Positions 54,086 through 62,402 of a DNA stretch of 64,000 nt are shown here, in pieces. Numbering within the stretch: the stretch's first letter is position 1; each line of letters opens with the position of its first letter. The notes under the pieces were generated by a model, which saw only the letters and a program-made list of their open reading frames with translations, searched no databases and was not told where the DNA came from. A program made the position numbers and the translations under genes. The stretch comes from Candidatus Xenobia bacterium. Lineage in GTDB: Bacteria; Vulcanimicrobiota; Xenobia; Xenobiales; QWHO01. Where the stretch lies: the NCBI GenBank assembly GCA_045863235.1, contig BTUM01000021.1, forward strand, positions 42,804 through 106,803. The letters run 5' to 3'.

Positions 54086-55021
54086 ATGAGCAAGAAAGAC
54101 TCTCACGACCCGGCCTGGTTGACCACACTCGGTCTTCTGGCTGGAGCGGCCGCAGGCTACCTGGCCTGGCACAAGCTGAACCAGCCTGTTGGCCCCTCTT
54201 TCAGGTTGCGCTCCAGGCGACCCGAGACGGCCGTGGTGACCGGGGCCTCCAGCGGCATCGGCGCGGTCTACGCGCGCAAATTGGCCTCGCTGGGCTACGA
54301 CCTGGTGCTGGTGGCCCGCCGCGAGGATCGATTGCGCACCATGGCCACCGAGCTGGGTGAGGGCTACGGGGTCCATACCGAGGTCCTGCCCGCCGACCTG
54401 GCTCTCGAGCGCGACCTGCAACGACTCGAGGACCGCATCGTCCATTCCGACTCGATGACGGTGCTGGTCAATAATGCTGGATTTGGCTATTCGCGAGACT
54501 TCGTCGAGCTCTCGCCCGAGGAGATCGACCGTATGCTTGACGTGCACCTTCGTGCCAGCGTACGCCTCTCGCGAGCGGCACTGCCAGGGCTCTTACAGCG
54601 CTCTCGAGGGGCAATCGTGAACGTGTCCTCGGTGGCCGGCTTCATGGCCTTGCCCGGGGCTGAGCTTTACGCTGCCAGCAAGGGCTTTCTGACCACCTTC
54701 AGCCGGGCCCTGGGGAGGCAGTGGGCGGGCTCGGGAGTCGTGGTGCAGGCCCTCTGCCCGGGCCTGACTCGCACCGAGTTTCATGAGGCTGCCGGTTACC
54801 CCAGCGATACCGGGGCGCGCTGGCCCTGGGCCTGGATGTCGGCCCGGGAGGTGGTGGAAGCCTCTCTAGCCGGCCTGGAGCTGGGCCAGAGCGTGGTCAT
54901 CCCGGGGGCGGTCAACCAGGCCTGCGTGGCCATTCTGGCCACCCCACTGGAGGGCGTGCTCAACAGTCTGATCGGTCGGCGACGGCGCAGTGGTCAGCGG
55001 CCCAAACCTGTGCTACACTGA
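54086..55021 (+). CDS. Short-chain dehydrogenase/reductase with N-terminal anchor
   Basis: TGASSGIG, LVNNAG, NVSS, YAASK, CPG. Confidence 0.93.
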   Translation: MSKKDSHDPAWLTTLGLLAGAAAGYLAWHKLNQPVGPSFRLRSRRPETAVVTGASSGIGAVYARKLASLGYDLVLVARREDRLRTMATELGEGYGVHTEVLPADLALERDLQRLEDRIVHSDSMTVLVNNAGFGYSRDFVELSPEEIDRMLDVHLRASVRLSRAALPGLLQRSRGAIVNVSSVAGFMALPGAELYAASKGFLTTFSRALGRQWAGSGVVVQALCPGLTRTEFHEAAGYPSDTGARWPWAWMSAREVVEASLAGLELGQSVVIPGAVNQACVAILATPLEGVLNSLIGRRRRSGQRPKPVLH

Positions 55022-55033
55022 AGACACTCATTG

Positions 55034-55158
55034 ACGCCGAGTCTCCGGCTTCGCCGGAGAGCGGGGGAACCACCCTTGGGGCGAAGAGTGCGCAAGCACT
55101 CCGGGTAACTCTTCCAACCCGAGCCCGTCAGCTCACCTCGTAGGCGTGTCCGGGAGAG
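55034..55158 (+). ncRNA. c-di-AMP (ydaO/yuaA) riboswitch
   Basis: Conserved blocks CGCCGA..GGGGGAACCA..TGGGGCGAA..GGGTAA..CCCGAGCCCGTCAGCTCACCTCGTAGGCG; P1 ACGCC/GGCGT; hairpins TCTCCGGC-TTC-GCCGGAGA and GAGTGC-GCAA-GCACTC; extended -10-like TGCTACACT at 55011-55019. Confidence 0.9.
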
Positions 55159-55163
55159 AAACG

Positions 55164-55229
55164 ATGGGGCCCTGCTGCGCGCAGCGCAGCGTGGTTTCCG
55201 GCATGATGTTCCGGCCGCTTGCGCGGTGA
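55164..55229 (+). CDS. Possible 21-aa leader ORF (MGPCCAQRSVVSGMMFRPLAR)
   Basis: ATG 5 nt after GGGAGAG at the riboswitch 3' end; TGA 55227-55229. Confidence 0.35.
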   Translation: MGPCCAQRSVVSGMMFRPLAR

Positions 55230-55289
55230 GGGTTGCTCCGGTATTTTGGCCGATCTGGGGCGCGAGGCTCGCCTTGCGTGGGTATCCAT

Positions 55290-55348
55290 AATCGGGAGAG
55301 TTTCGGGTGCTTCTCTCCTTCTACCGAGCACCCGAGACTCTCTCGATT
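55290..55348 (+). other. Long hairpin (22-bp stem with two G-U pairs) upstream of USP gene
   Basis: AATCGGGAGAGTTTCGGGTGCT ... AGCACCCGAGACTCTCTCGATT. Confidence 0.7.
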
Positions 55349-55391
55349 CTTGCCCGAAGGAAGCATTCGCCGCCCGCACGAACGCGGCGGC

Positions 55392-55856
55392 ATGATCACC
55401 AAGATTCTCTGTCCCGTCGACGGCAGTCCGGCCTGCAAGAGAGCGCTCGCGCTCGCTCGCAGCCTGGCCGAGAAGTACGCCGCCCGGGTGACCCTGTTGC
55501 ACGTACTGCCCCTCTCCATGCTTCAGATGCTGGCATTTCGGGGGCCCGTTGGCGGGGCCGACGTACTTCCCCAACAGGTTGAGGAGCGCATGCGGGCCGA
55601 TTCCGAGACCATGCTGGCCGAGGCGCGCCAGCTAGTCGGTTCAGAGAATGTGGGCGAGGCTCGGGCTGTGCTCGGCGACCCGGCCGAGCTGATCTGCGAG
55701 ACAGCCGAGGTGGAGGAGTTCTCCCTGATCGTGATGGGCAGCCGGGGGTTGGGGAGGTTGCGCAGCTACCTGATGGGAAGCGTTTCGACCTACGTTTTGG
55801 CCCACTGCGACGTCCCCACCCTGGTGGTCAAAGCCCCCGAGCTCATAGAAGGCTAG
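55392..55856 (+). CDS. Universal stress protein (USP)
   Basis: KILCPVDGS, VTLLHV, GDPAELI, LIVMGSRGLG..LMGSVS, PTLVV. Confidence 0.95.
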   Translation: MITKILCPVDGSPACKRALALARSLAEKYAARVTLLHVLPLSMLQMLAFRGPVGGADVLPQQVEERMRADSETMLAEARQLVGSENVGEARAVLGDPAELICETAEVEEFSLIVMGSRGLGRLRSYLMGSVSTYVLAHCDVPTLVVKAPELIEG

Positions 55857-57387
55857 GAGAGCGCAGGTCCAGAGCCGCCAGTACTTCCTCGGCAGCGCGG
55901 ACTCCGTGGTAGTTGGCCTCCTCGAAAAGCGAGAACCCCGAAAGGTCGGAGTGCGCGAAGTGGACTCCCTTGTTCGGCTGGCTGGCTGCGTCCAGCGCTC
56001 CCGAGCCACGCAAGCCGGGCACCGGTCGCACCATGGCGTGGCCGAGCAGCATGACGTCGAGGCACTCGAGCCTTTCGACCAGGTCCGGATGGGGACGGCT
56101 CAGCTCGCTTACGATCTCCTGGCGCCAGCTCTCCCAGGGGCGGACCAGCATCTCCTCGCGTTCTTTCACAGGGTCCCCGGTGAGGGGTCGGTACCAGGTC
56201 CAGACGGTGGGGCCCGGGCGGGTGGAGAGGCTCTGGTGGGTCGCGACCACGTAGCCCAGTGAAGGGGATTCGTAGAGAACGTTGTCCCAGCACGCCCCCT
56301 CGTCCCCCCGCCGGAGGACGAGGTTGGCCACCGCCCAGGGAGCATAGGTGAACCGTTCTGGAGGGGCGCCATCCAGCACGAAGGAGCGAAGAAAGGTGGG
56401 CAGGCAGAAGATCGCGCGACGCGACTGCACCTCGAAGGCTCCCTCGGGATGCTCGACTCGCGTAATCAGGTGCGGGCCGTCCGCTTTGACCGAGCGCACC
56501 AGGCAGCCGGTGCGAGCTCGTTCCTGCAAAGGCGCGGCCAGGCGATCGGTAAGCCAGGCGTTGCCTTCCGGCCAGACCAGCAACTGGTCCTCCGGCGGCC
56601 GAGCGGCATGGTAGTGAAGGCCGGCCCAGGCCGAGGTTTGCTCGAGCGAGCAACCGAAGTCGTCGCGGCAGCCATACTCCAGCCACCAGCGCAGCCGCCT
56701 GGAGGTCCACCCTTTCTGCTCGACAAAGGCTTGCATGCTGAGACCATCGAGCTCGAGCCAGTCGGGGGAGCTGAGCGGGGCGGGGAGAGCGAAGGCAAGT
56801 CGCCCCCGCCGGTCCCGCAACAGGCGCAATCGCTCAATCTCGGCTTGAAACTCCTGCAATTCTTGGAGATCGCGACGCGTGGCGCCCAGAGTGGGAAACA
56901 AGCCCTCCTGCCAGTGCCCGTGCAGATAAAGTCTCTCCTGGGGCTCGTGGCACAGCAGCTCTTCGCGGCAGCGTCCCGCCTCGTCCATCACCTCCAGCTC
57001 CTTCAAAAGCTCGATGACGGCCCGCGAGTCGGGAGTTGGGACCGGCAGATAGTGGGCTCCCCAGGGGGCCCGGCTGGCCGGGTAGGTCGCGGCGCGGGAG
57101 TTGCCTCCCAGGTCGCTCTCCAGCTCCAGCAGGAGGAAGTCCTCGAGGCCCGCGCGCCGCAGCCGCCAGGCGGCCGATAGGCCAGCCACCCCTCCCCCCA
57201 GAATGGCTACGTCGGTGCGCAGGCATTGCCCGGTCATGAGCTCGCTGGCTTCCCGCAGGCGATGGCCGCGTTGCCAGGAAGCTCCCACCACCGCCCCCTC
57301 GGGCGTGGGTGGGCGGCGGGTCGGACAGCCCACCAGGGACAGCCCTGCCAGCGTCAGGCTGCCCTGCAGGAACTGGCGCCGATTCAC
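55843..57387 (-). CDS. Tat-exported FAD-dependent oxidoreductase (amine oxidase-like), possible lipoprotein
   Basis: MNRRQFL..LVGC; ILGGGVAGLSAA, ELE..LGGNS, WGAHY, GHAM, FAHSDLSG.SLFEEA. Confidence 0.88.
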   Translation of the reverse strand: MNRRQFLQGSLTLAGLSLVGCPTRRPPTPEGAVVGASWQRGHRLREASELMTGQCLRTDVAILGGGVAGLSAAWRLRRAGLEDFLLLELESDLGGNSRAATYPASRAPWGAHYLPVPTPDSRAVIELLKELEVMDEAGRCREELLCHEPQERLYLHGHWQEGLFPTLGATRRDLQELQEFQAEIERLRLLRDRRGRLAFALPAPLSSPDWLELDGLSMQAFVEQKGWTSRRLRWWLEYGCRDDFGCSLEQTSAWAGLHYHAARPPEDQLLVWPEGNAWLTDRLAAPLQERARTGCLVRSVKADGPHLITRVEHPEGAFEVQSRRAIFCLPTFLRSFVLDGAPPERFTYAPWAVANLVLRRGDEGACWDNVLYESPSLGYVVATHQSLSTRPGPTVWTWYRPLTGDPVKEREEMLVRPWESWRQEIVSELSRPHPDLVERLECLDVMLLGHAMVRPVPGLRGSGALDAASQPNKGVHFAHSDLSGFSLFEEANYHGVRAAEEVLAALDLRSPSLL

Positions 57388-58874
57388 TGCGCCACGGCCC
57401 GCCACTCCTCTTCGTAGTAGCGAACGAGAGCCTGATTGGAGAGCCGGTTCACCTCCACCGGCAGCGAGCTCATGTCGAGCGGGAACTCAAAGAGAGCCGC
57501 CAGAGCGCTCTGGTTCAGAAAGCGCAGGCCTGTCGGCAGGTGCCCACCGGGTCGAGAGGGACCGATGAGGGCGAAGCCCCACTCTCCGAAGGAAGGTACG
57601 AAGACGTGATAAGGACGCACCTGAAGTCCAGCAGCCTCCATGGTTCTGAGGATGCACCAGTACGAGCGACGCGCGAAGAGGGGAGAGGTGCACTGAACGG
57701 CGGCCGCACCACCGGGTGCCAGGTGGCGCTTCAACTCGGCATAGAAACTGAGCGTGTAGAGCTTGCCCAGGGCGAAGGTGCTGGGGTCGGGAAAATCGAC
57801 CACAACGAAGTCGTAACTGCCCGGGTCCTCCCGTAGCCAGACGAAGGCGTCGGCATTGACCACCTTGACCCGAGGCGAGCGCAGCGAGCCTTCATTGAGC
57901 TTGGAGAGCAGCGGATGCTGGCTGAAGAGCTCGGTCATCCCCGGATCGAGGTCGACCAGGGTGATCTCGCTGACAGTTGGATAGCGCAGCACCTCGCGCA
58001 GGGCCAGACCATCTCCTCCGCCCAGTATCAAAACCTTGCGAGGGTTTTCCAGCCCGCTCAGCCCGGGATGCACCAGGGTTTCATGGTAGCGATATTCGTC
58101 CAGGCTGGAGAACTGCAGGTTGTTGTTGAGGTAGAGACGCAGGTCCCCGGTACGCTGGGTGACCACCAGGCGCTGGTAAGGGGTCGAGCGGGCCAGCAGC
58201 ACCTGATCGGGAAACATCTGCACCTCAGCCAGGGTGGTCAGTCGCTCGGCCAGGGCCAGACCCGAAGCCAGCAAGAGAAACGCCAGCACCGCCTGAGCCA
58301 GGAGAAGCCTGGACGCCTGTCGGGTCGGAGAAAATCTTACCAGGAAGGCCAGAGCCACGCCCACGTTGACCAGACCGAAGAGGAAGGCTGTGCGCACCAG
58401 GCCCAGATGGGGCACCAGCAGAATCGGAAATGCCAGCGAGGCTGCCAGGGCGCCAATGTAATCCAGAGCCAGCACCTGAGAGACGAGCTCTTTGAACTCC
58501 AACTGGTCCTTCAGCAAACGCATCACCAGCGGGATCTCCAGCCCCACCAGGGTGCCGATGGCAAAGACCAGGGAGTAAAGCACCAGAGAAAACCCTGTGC
58601 CGTGGGCGAAGACGAAGAAGAGGACGCTGGCCGAGCAACCGCCCAGCAGGCCCACTAGAATCTGGATTTGCACGAAGCGCTGCAGGACTCCCCGGCCGAT
58701 GTAGCGTGCCAGGTAGGAGCCGACTCCCATGGCTGACAGATAGACCCCGATGATGGTGGAGAACTGCATCACCGAGTCGCCCAGGAGGTAGCTCGAAACG
58801 GTGCCGGCGATCAGCTCGTAGATAAGCCCGCAGGTGGCGACCAGAAAGACCGACACCAGGATCAAGGGCTGCAC
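57384..58874 (-). CDS. speE: Membrane-fused polyamine aminopropyltransferase (long SpeE-like)
   Basis: ~7 N-terminal TM helices; TPYQ, YRYHETLVHP, LILGGGDG, VDLD, DFPDP. Confidence 0.88.
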   Translation of the reverse strand: MQPLILVSVFLVATCGLIYELIAGTVSSYLLGDSVMQFSTIIGVYLSAMGVGSYLARYIGRGVLQRFVQIQILVGLLGGCSASVLFFVFAHGTGFSLVLYSLVFAIGTLVGLEIPLVMRLLKDQLEFKELVSQVLALDYIGALAASLAFPILLVPHLGLVRTAFLFGLVNVGVALAFLVRFSPTRQASRLLLAQAVLAFLLLASGLALAERLTTLAEVQMFPDQVLLARSTPYQRLVVTQRTGDLRLYLNNNLQFSSLDEYRYHETLVHPGLSGLENPRKVLILGGGDGLALREVLRYPTVSEITLVDLDPGMTELFSQHPLLSKLNEGSLRSPRVKVVNADAFVWLREDPGSYDFVVVDFPDPSTFALGKLYTLSFYAELKRHLAPGGAAAVQCTSPLFARRSYWCILRTMEAAGLQVRPYHVFVPSFGEWGFALIGPSRPGGHLPTGLRFLNQSALAALFEFPLDMSSLPVEVNRLSNQALVRYYEEEWRAVAQ

Positions 58875-58879
58875 GGAGG

Positions 58880-59065
58880 CTACTTCCCGCCCAGGTGGAC
58901 GTAATGAGTCTGATAGTGGGAGCGATACGAGCCCGGGTTCTGGCGAATGGTCTTGGGCACATTGGACACTCTGTCGGGTTGGGTCAGGGTGAGGCCGAGA
59001 TAGTTGAATGCCAGCATCGCGCCCAGCAGGCCGATTCCGAGAAACCTGTGCACATTCATCAGCAT
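58880..59065 (-). CDS. Small membrane protein of the DUF4178-speE locus
   Basis: One TM helix followed by VPKTIRQNPGSYRSHY..GGK; in operon. Confidence 0.75.
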   Translation of the reverse strand: MLMNVHRFLGIGLLGAMLAFNYLGLTLTQPDRVSNVPKTIRQNPGSYRSHYQTHYVHLGGK

Positions 59066-59072
59066 GCTCTGA

Positions 59073-61061
59073 TCACTCCGAGGATGAAGTTGGGGGGTGG
59101 TCGCTCTCAGACCAGCGTTGGGTCTCGAAACTAGATTCTCGCAGCCAGTACCAGAGAGGAACAGGCAGCATCAGGCCCAGGCCGACGAAAAACCAGATCC
59201 ATGAGGGCACATCGCGTTTGACGGTGACACTCCAGGTGAAGTTCTTGGCCGTCTGGGCCTGGGAGGGTGTTTGCCCCGGTTTCATGTCAGCCACCGCCGT
59301 CATGCCGCTCTCCATCTCGATCAAGAGGTAGTAGCGCCCGGCCGGGACGCGGGGAAGGGTGACGGTGTTGGACGTGCTGCCTTCGGACCAGTAACCGTCC
59401 GAATCGCTCCCACTGTAGAAGGCGACTCCGGTGCCGAAATCCAGAGCCTCGTTGGTCTTCGAGTCGATCAGGGCCAGATGGAAGTCGACCCAGCGATTGT
59501 TCACCCCGGCGGTGGTGCGAACTTCGACATTGGAGGTTCGCCCTGGTATCTCGAATTCGTCGGTCACAACCGTCAGGCTGGTCGGGTCGGACGTGGCCGT
59601 GCCGGTCTTGCTGAAGACCACCTTGTTGGCGCAGATCATCGTGGTCAGCACCATCAGGATGAACGACGCCGCCAGGTAACCGGCAAACCACATCCAGGCC
59701 CGTTGCTTCAGCGGGGTGTACGGGTCGGGCTGGGAGGGTCCCACTTTGTAGGGCTGGCGGATGGAGTTGAGTCCAAAGGCCCGGGCCACCTCCAACGGCT
59801 CGAGGTAGCGCCCTTCGCTCCAGACTTGCTCGCGGCCCATGCTCTCCTCGCAACTGAGCGAGTCGGGTGGGCAGACGTAGTCGTGCATGCGTACCTCGTC
59901 GCCCAGGCGCACCTGCCAGTAGAATTCGCCAGCCACGTATCGGACCCGGGCCACGGCGGTTTGAAAGTGCCGAAAGCGCTTGCCTTTATAGGACAGGGTG
60001 TTGTCCGTCGGCTCGGTGACCGGATCCCCTGACCCCAGGTTGCGTGGCAGCATCAAGGTGGGCCGGGCCAGCATCCAGTGCCCATCTGATTCGACCAGCC
60101 AGCGGTAGCCACGGTAGGGGTTGTAAAGCAGGTACTCGGTGAAGGGATAGTCCATCCCCTCGACTCGCACGGAGCGGCGGACGAAGCCCAGGCAATCCCA
60201 CTCCTGCCCGTCCAGTTTGCCTCTGGCGCCCAGGGGAATGAGAGGGGTGACCTTCTCGCTCTCTTGCACCTGGAAGAGCACCTTGAGGTTCTTGTCTTTC
60301 AGATCGATGGCCGTTCCGCAGTATTCACAGGCCAGCACCTGGCTGACGCCTTCGGACTTGAGCTCGTGAGGTGCGCCGCAGGTGGGACAACGCAGCACCG
60401 AGGTGCTTACCCCCTGCTGGTTCTCGAGCTCCGGGTTGAAGTCGCGTAGCCCGGCCAGTTTCAGCTCATCGAAATCGACGGTGTAGCCCAGGTAGACCGT
60501 GGGGGAGGCCGGGTCGGAGTAGTCCAGGGTGGCGGCCAGTTGGCCGCCCGTGCGCAGATCGGCGGTGGTGAACCGGGTCTTCTGGGCCGGGAAGACGAAG
60601 GGAAGCTCGCCCTCGTAGGAGCTGAGCGTGCTGGTCGAGACTTCGGACACCACGAAGAACTCGTTCTTGAGGGTGACGAATGACCCGACCCGCAGGTCCT
60701 CGGGTCTGGCCAGCGGCCCCTGCGGGTCGAACTCCTGGTTGACGAAGTAGGTGCCCATCGCCTCGCCCAGCCAGCCGTTGCTGCCATCGGTGTATTGCAG
60801 ATACCACTCGTTCCAGAAGCCCGAGTCGTAGGCAACCTGAATGCGCCCGATGACCTCGAACTGCTTGCCCAGAAAGGTCCCGGTGGTGCCGAGCTGGATG
60901 GGAGAGCCATCCGGCTGCAGGTCGGACACTTTGCCAAGGTTCTCCAGGTCCACATCGTGGCGAACCACCAGCGACCGGCAGGCAGAGCAGACAGCGTGGG
61001 TGGTGCTCTGAGCCCGGAAGACGACGGGAGAACCGCACGAGGGACAGGCAAGCTGAAGCAC
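59073..61061 (-). CDS. DUF4178 domain protein (two zinc ribbon-DUF4178 modules, C-terminal TM region)
   Basis: CPSCG..CSAC and CPTCG..CEYCG; GRIQ..WNEW; YEGELPF; YVAGEFYW; FETQRW.ESD. Confidence 0.85.
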   Translation of the reverse strand: MLQLACPSCGSPVVFRAQSTTHAVCSACRSLVVRHDVDLENLGKVSDLQPDGSPIQLGTTGTFLGKQFEVIGRIQVAYDSGFWNEWYLQYTDGSNGWLGEAMGTYFVNQEFDPQGPLARPEDLRVGSFVTLKNEFFVVSEVSTSTLSSYEGELPFVFPAQKTRFTTADLRTGGQLAATLDYSDPASPTVYLGYTVDFDELKLAGLRDFNPELENQQGVSTSVLRCPTCGAPHELKSEGVSQVLACEYCGTAIDLKDKNLKVLFQVQESEKVTPLIPLGARGKLDGQEWDCLGFVRRSVRVEGMDYPFTEYLLYNPYRGYRWLVESDGHWMLARPTLMLPRNLGSGDPVTEPTDNTLSYKGKRFRHFQTAVARVRYVAGEFYWQVRLGDEVRMHDYVCPPDSLSCEESMGREQVWSEGRYLEPLEVARAFGLNSIRQPYKVGPSQPDPYTPLKQRAWMWFAGYLAASFILMVLTTMICANKVVFSKTGTATSDPTSLTVVTDEFEIPGRTSNVEVRTTAGVNNRWVDFHLALIDSKTNEALDFGTGVAFYSGSDSDGYWSEGSTSNTVTLPRVPAGRYYLLIEMESGMTAVADMKPGQTPSQAQTAKNFTWSVTVKRDVPSWIWFFVGLGLMLPVPLWYWLRESSFETQRWSESDHPPTSSSE

Positions 61062-61137
61062 GTGCCCTCATTAAACCGCACCCTCTGTGTTCCCTGCCCG
61101 AAGAGGAGCCGGGTCGCAGGGTCGGGAATGGCCGGGC

Positions 61138-61398
61138 ATGAATTTGAACCAGCTGATGATGGAGTACCTGGCCACGGTGGGCTGGGCGCTCGTTGCCGCG
61201 CTCTCCATGAGTATCTCGATGGCGATTTTGCAGGTGGTCTACAACAAGCTGACCCCCAACATCGATGAAACCGAAGAGATCAAGAAGGGGAACCTGGCCG
61301 TGGCCATCGTAATGGCGGCTGTGATCCTGTCTTTTGGCTTCGTGGTTGGGATGGCCGTCTCAGGCGGCGGACCGGTTCACTTCCCGCCTGCTCAGTGA
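61138..61398 (+). CDS. DUF350 domain membrane protein
   Basis: KLTPNID..EEIKKGNLAVAIV. Confidence 0.88.
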   Translation: MNLNQLMMEYLATVGWALVAALSMSISMAILQVVYNKLTPNIDETEEIKKGNLAVAIVMAAVILSFGFVVGMAVSGGGPVHFPPAQ

Positions 61399-61790
61399 GG
61401 GCAGGAGCAGGTTTGACGTGGCCGGGCATGGTTGAGCCAGTGAGCGCGGAAGAGGCAGAGGGCCCCGGTGACAGTGAACATTGTTTCGAAGAACTCACCG
61501 AGCTCGTGACCGCCCAGAATGCCACCGCCCAGCAGCAGCAGGCCCACGATTCCCCAGCGTAAAGCGACGCGGCGCCCGGTACGCAGGTAGCCAGGGACCA
61601 GGGCCAGCCCCGCGACCGGGAGCACCACCGCGATCAGCACGATGTGAAAGTCTTCGTGGTGCATCAAGCTACTGGCCAGGAACGGCAGGAAGGCCATCAG
61701 GAATGGAATGGCCAGGCAATGAACCAGGCACACGAGCGAGAGGCCCATTCCGAGAAAGTCCCAAATGCGCAGGGTTTTGACCTGGTTCAT
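61392..61790 (-). CDS. MerC-domain membrane protein
   Basis: DFLGMGLSLVCLVHCLAIP; E..FTV.G...AH..N; C-terminal CSCPH. Confidence 0.85.
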   Translation of the reverse strand: MNQVKTLRIWDFLGMGLSLVCLVHCLAIPFLMAFLPFLASSLMHHEDFHIVLIAVVLPVAGLALVPGYLRTGRRVALRWGIVGLLLLGGGILGGHELGEFFETMFTVTGALCLFRAHWLNHARPRQTCSCPH

Positions 61791-61823
61791 CCGATCCGCT
61801 CCTGAGAAGATACTACCATTAAA

Positions 61824-61852
61824 GTGATAAATCATTATCGCACTCTTGTCAA
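61824..61852 (-). promoter_or_regulatory. Sigma70-type promoter with Fur/Zur-family box
   Basis: Minus strand TTGACA, 17 nt, TATCAC; overlapping CGATAATGATTTATCA near-palindrome. Confidence 0.6.
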
Positions 61853-62346
61853 GGCAAAACTTTGAACGATTGGAAGAAGCGCCCGACCTCAGCCGGATCG
61901 AGTGGTTTTTGGGAGGAGACGGTGAGCTGAAAAAGGCGCCTGCCCACCAGGTAGAGGCGGCTTTTGACCCAGAAGCGACCTTCCTTGCGATAGCTGAGCG
62001 CGCAGCCCGGATGCTGACCGAGCTTGAGCTCGGCATGGCGAAGGTCGGTCGCTCCGTCGGCCCGCACTCCCTCCCGGATGTTCTCGAAGACCTTGCCAGG
62101 CCCGAGCTCACTCACCCTGGCCTCGGGATAGTCCACGTACGTGACCATGAATGCGCGCTGGCCAAGATTCACGAGAAACTGCTGTTGCTTGAGGGTGCCG
62201 GCGGAGGTGTAAAGTGACTCCTGACTGGTCCGAGCCGGGCCTGGCAGTGATACCTCGAAGCGCCCTGTGCTGGAGCGCACGGTGCGCCAACTCTCTTGCG
62301 CGGCGGACAGAGCGCCAAGGAGGATGAGCAGCAGCAGAATACGCAT
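61849..62346 (-). CDS. Hypothetical secreted protein
   Basis: Signal peptide; GRFEVSLPG.., RLYLVGRRLFQL, RFFQSFKV (PsbP/DcrB-like pattern). Confidence 0.75.
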   Translation of the reverse strand: MRILLLLILLGALSAAQESWRTVRSSTGRFEVSLPGPARTSQESLYTSAGTLKQQQFLVNLGQRAFMVTYVDYPEARVSELGPGKVFENIREGVRADGATDLRHAELKLGQHPGCALSYRKEGRFWVKSRLYLVGRRLFQLTVSSQKPLDPAEVGRFFQSFKVLP

Positions 62347-62402
62347 GGGAGGACCTTCCCTGACGGGTGGGAGACTCCTCGACGGCTGCGAAGGAGCAGG
62401 GC

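Noticed and set aside
55227..55275. Selenocysteine or readthrough at the in-frame TGA before the USP gene
   Set aside because: The extension is not protein-like, the USP domain starts cleanly at 55392, no convincing SECIS was seen, and frame coincidence has a 1 in 3 chance. Kept only as a detail of the riboswitch finding.
61392..61790. Mercury resistance operon
   Set aside because: No merA, merR, merT or merP nearby.
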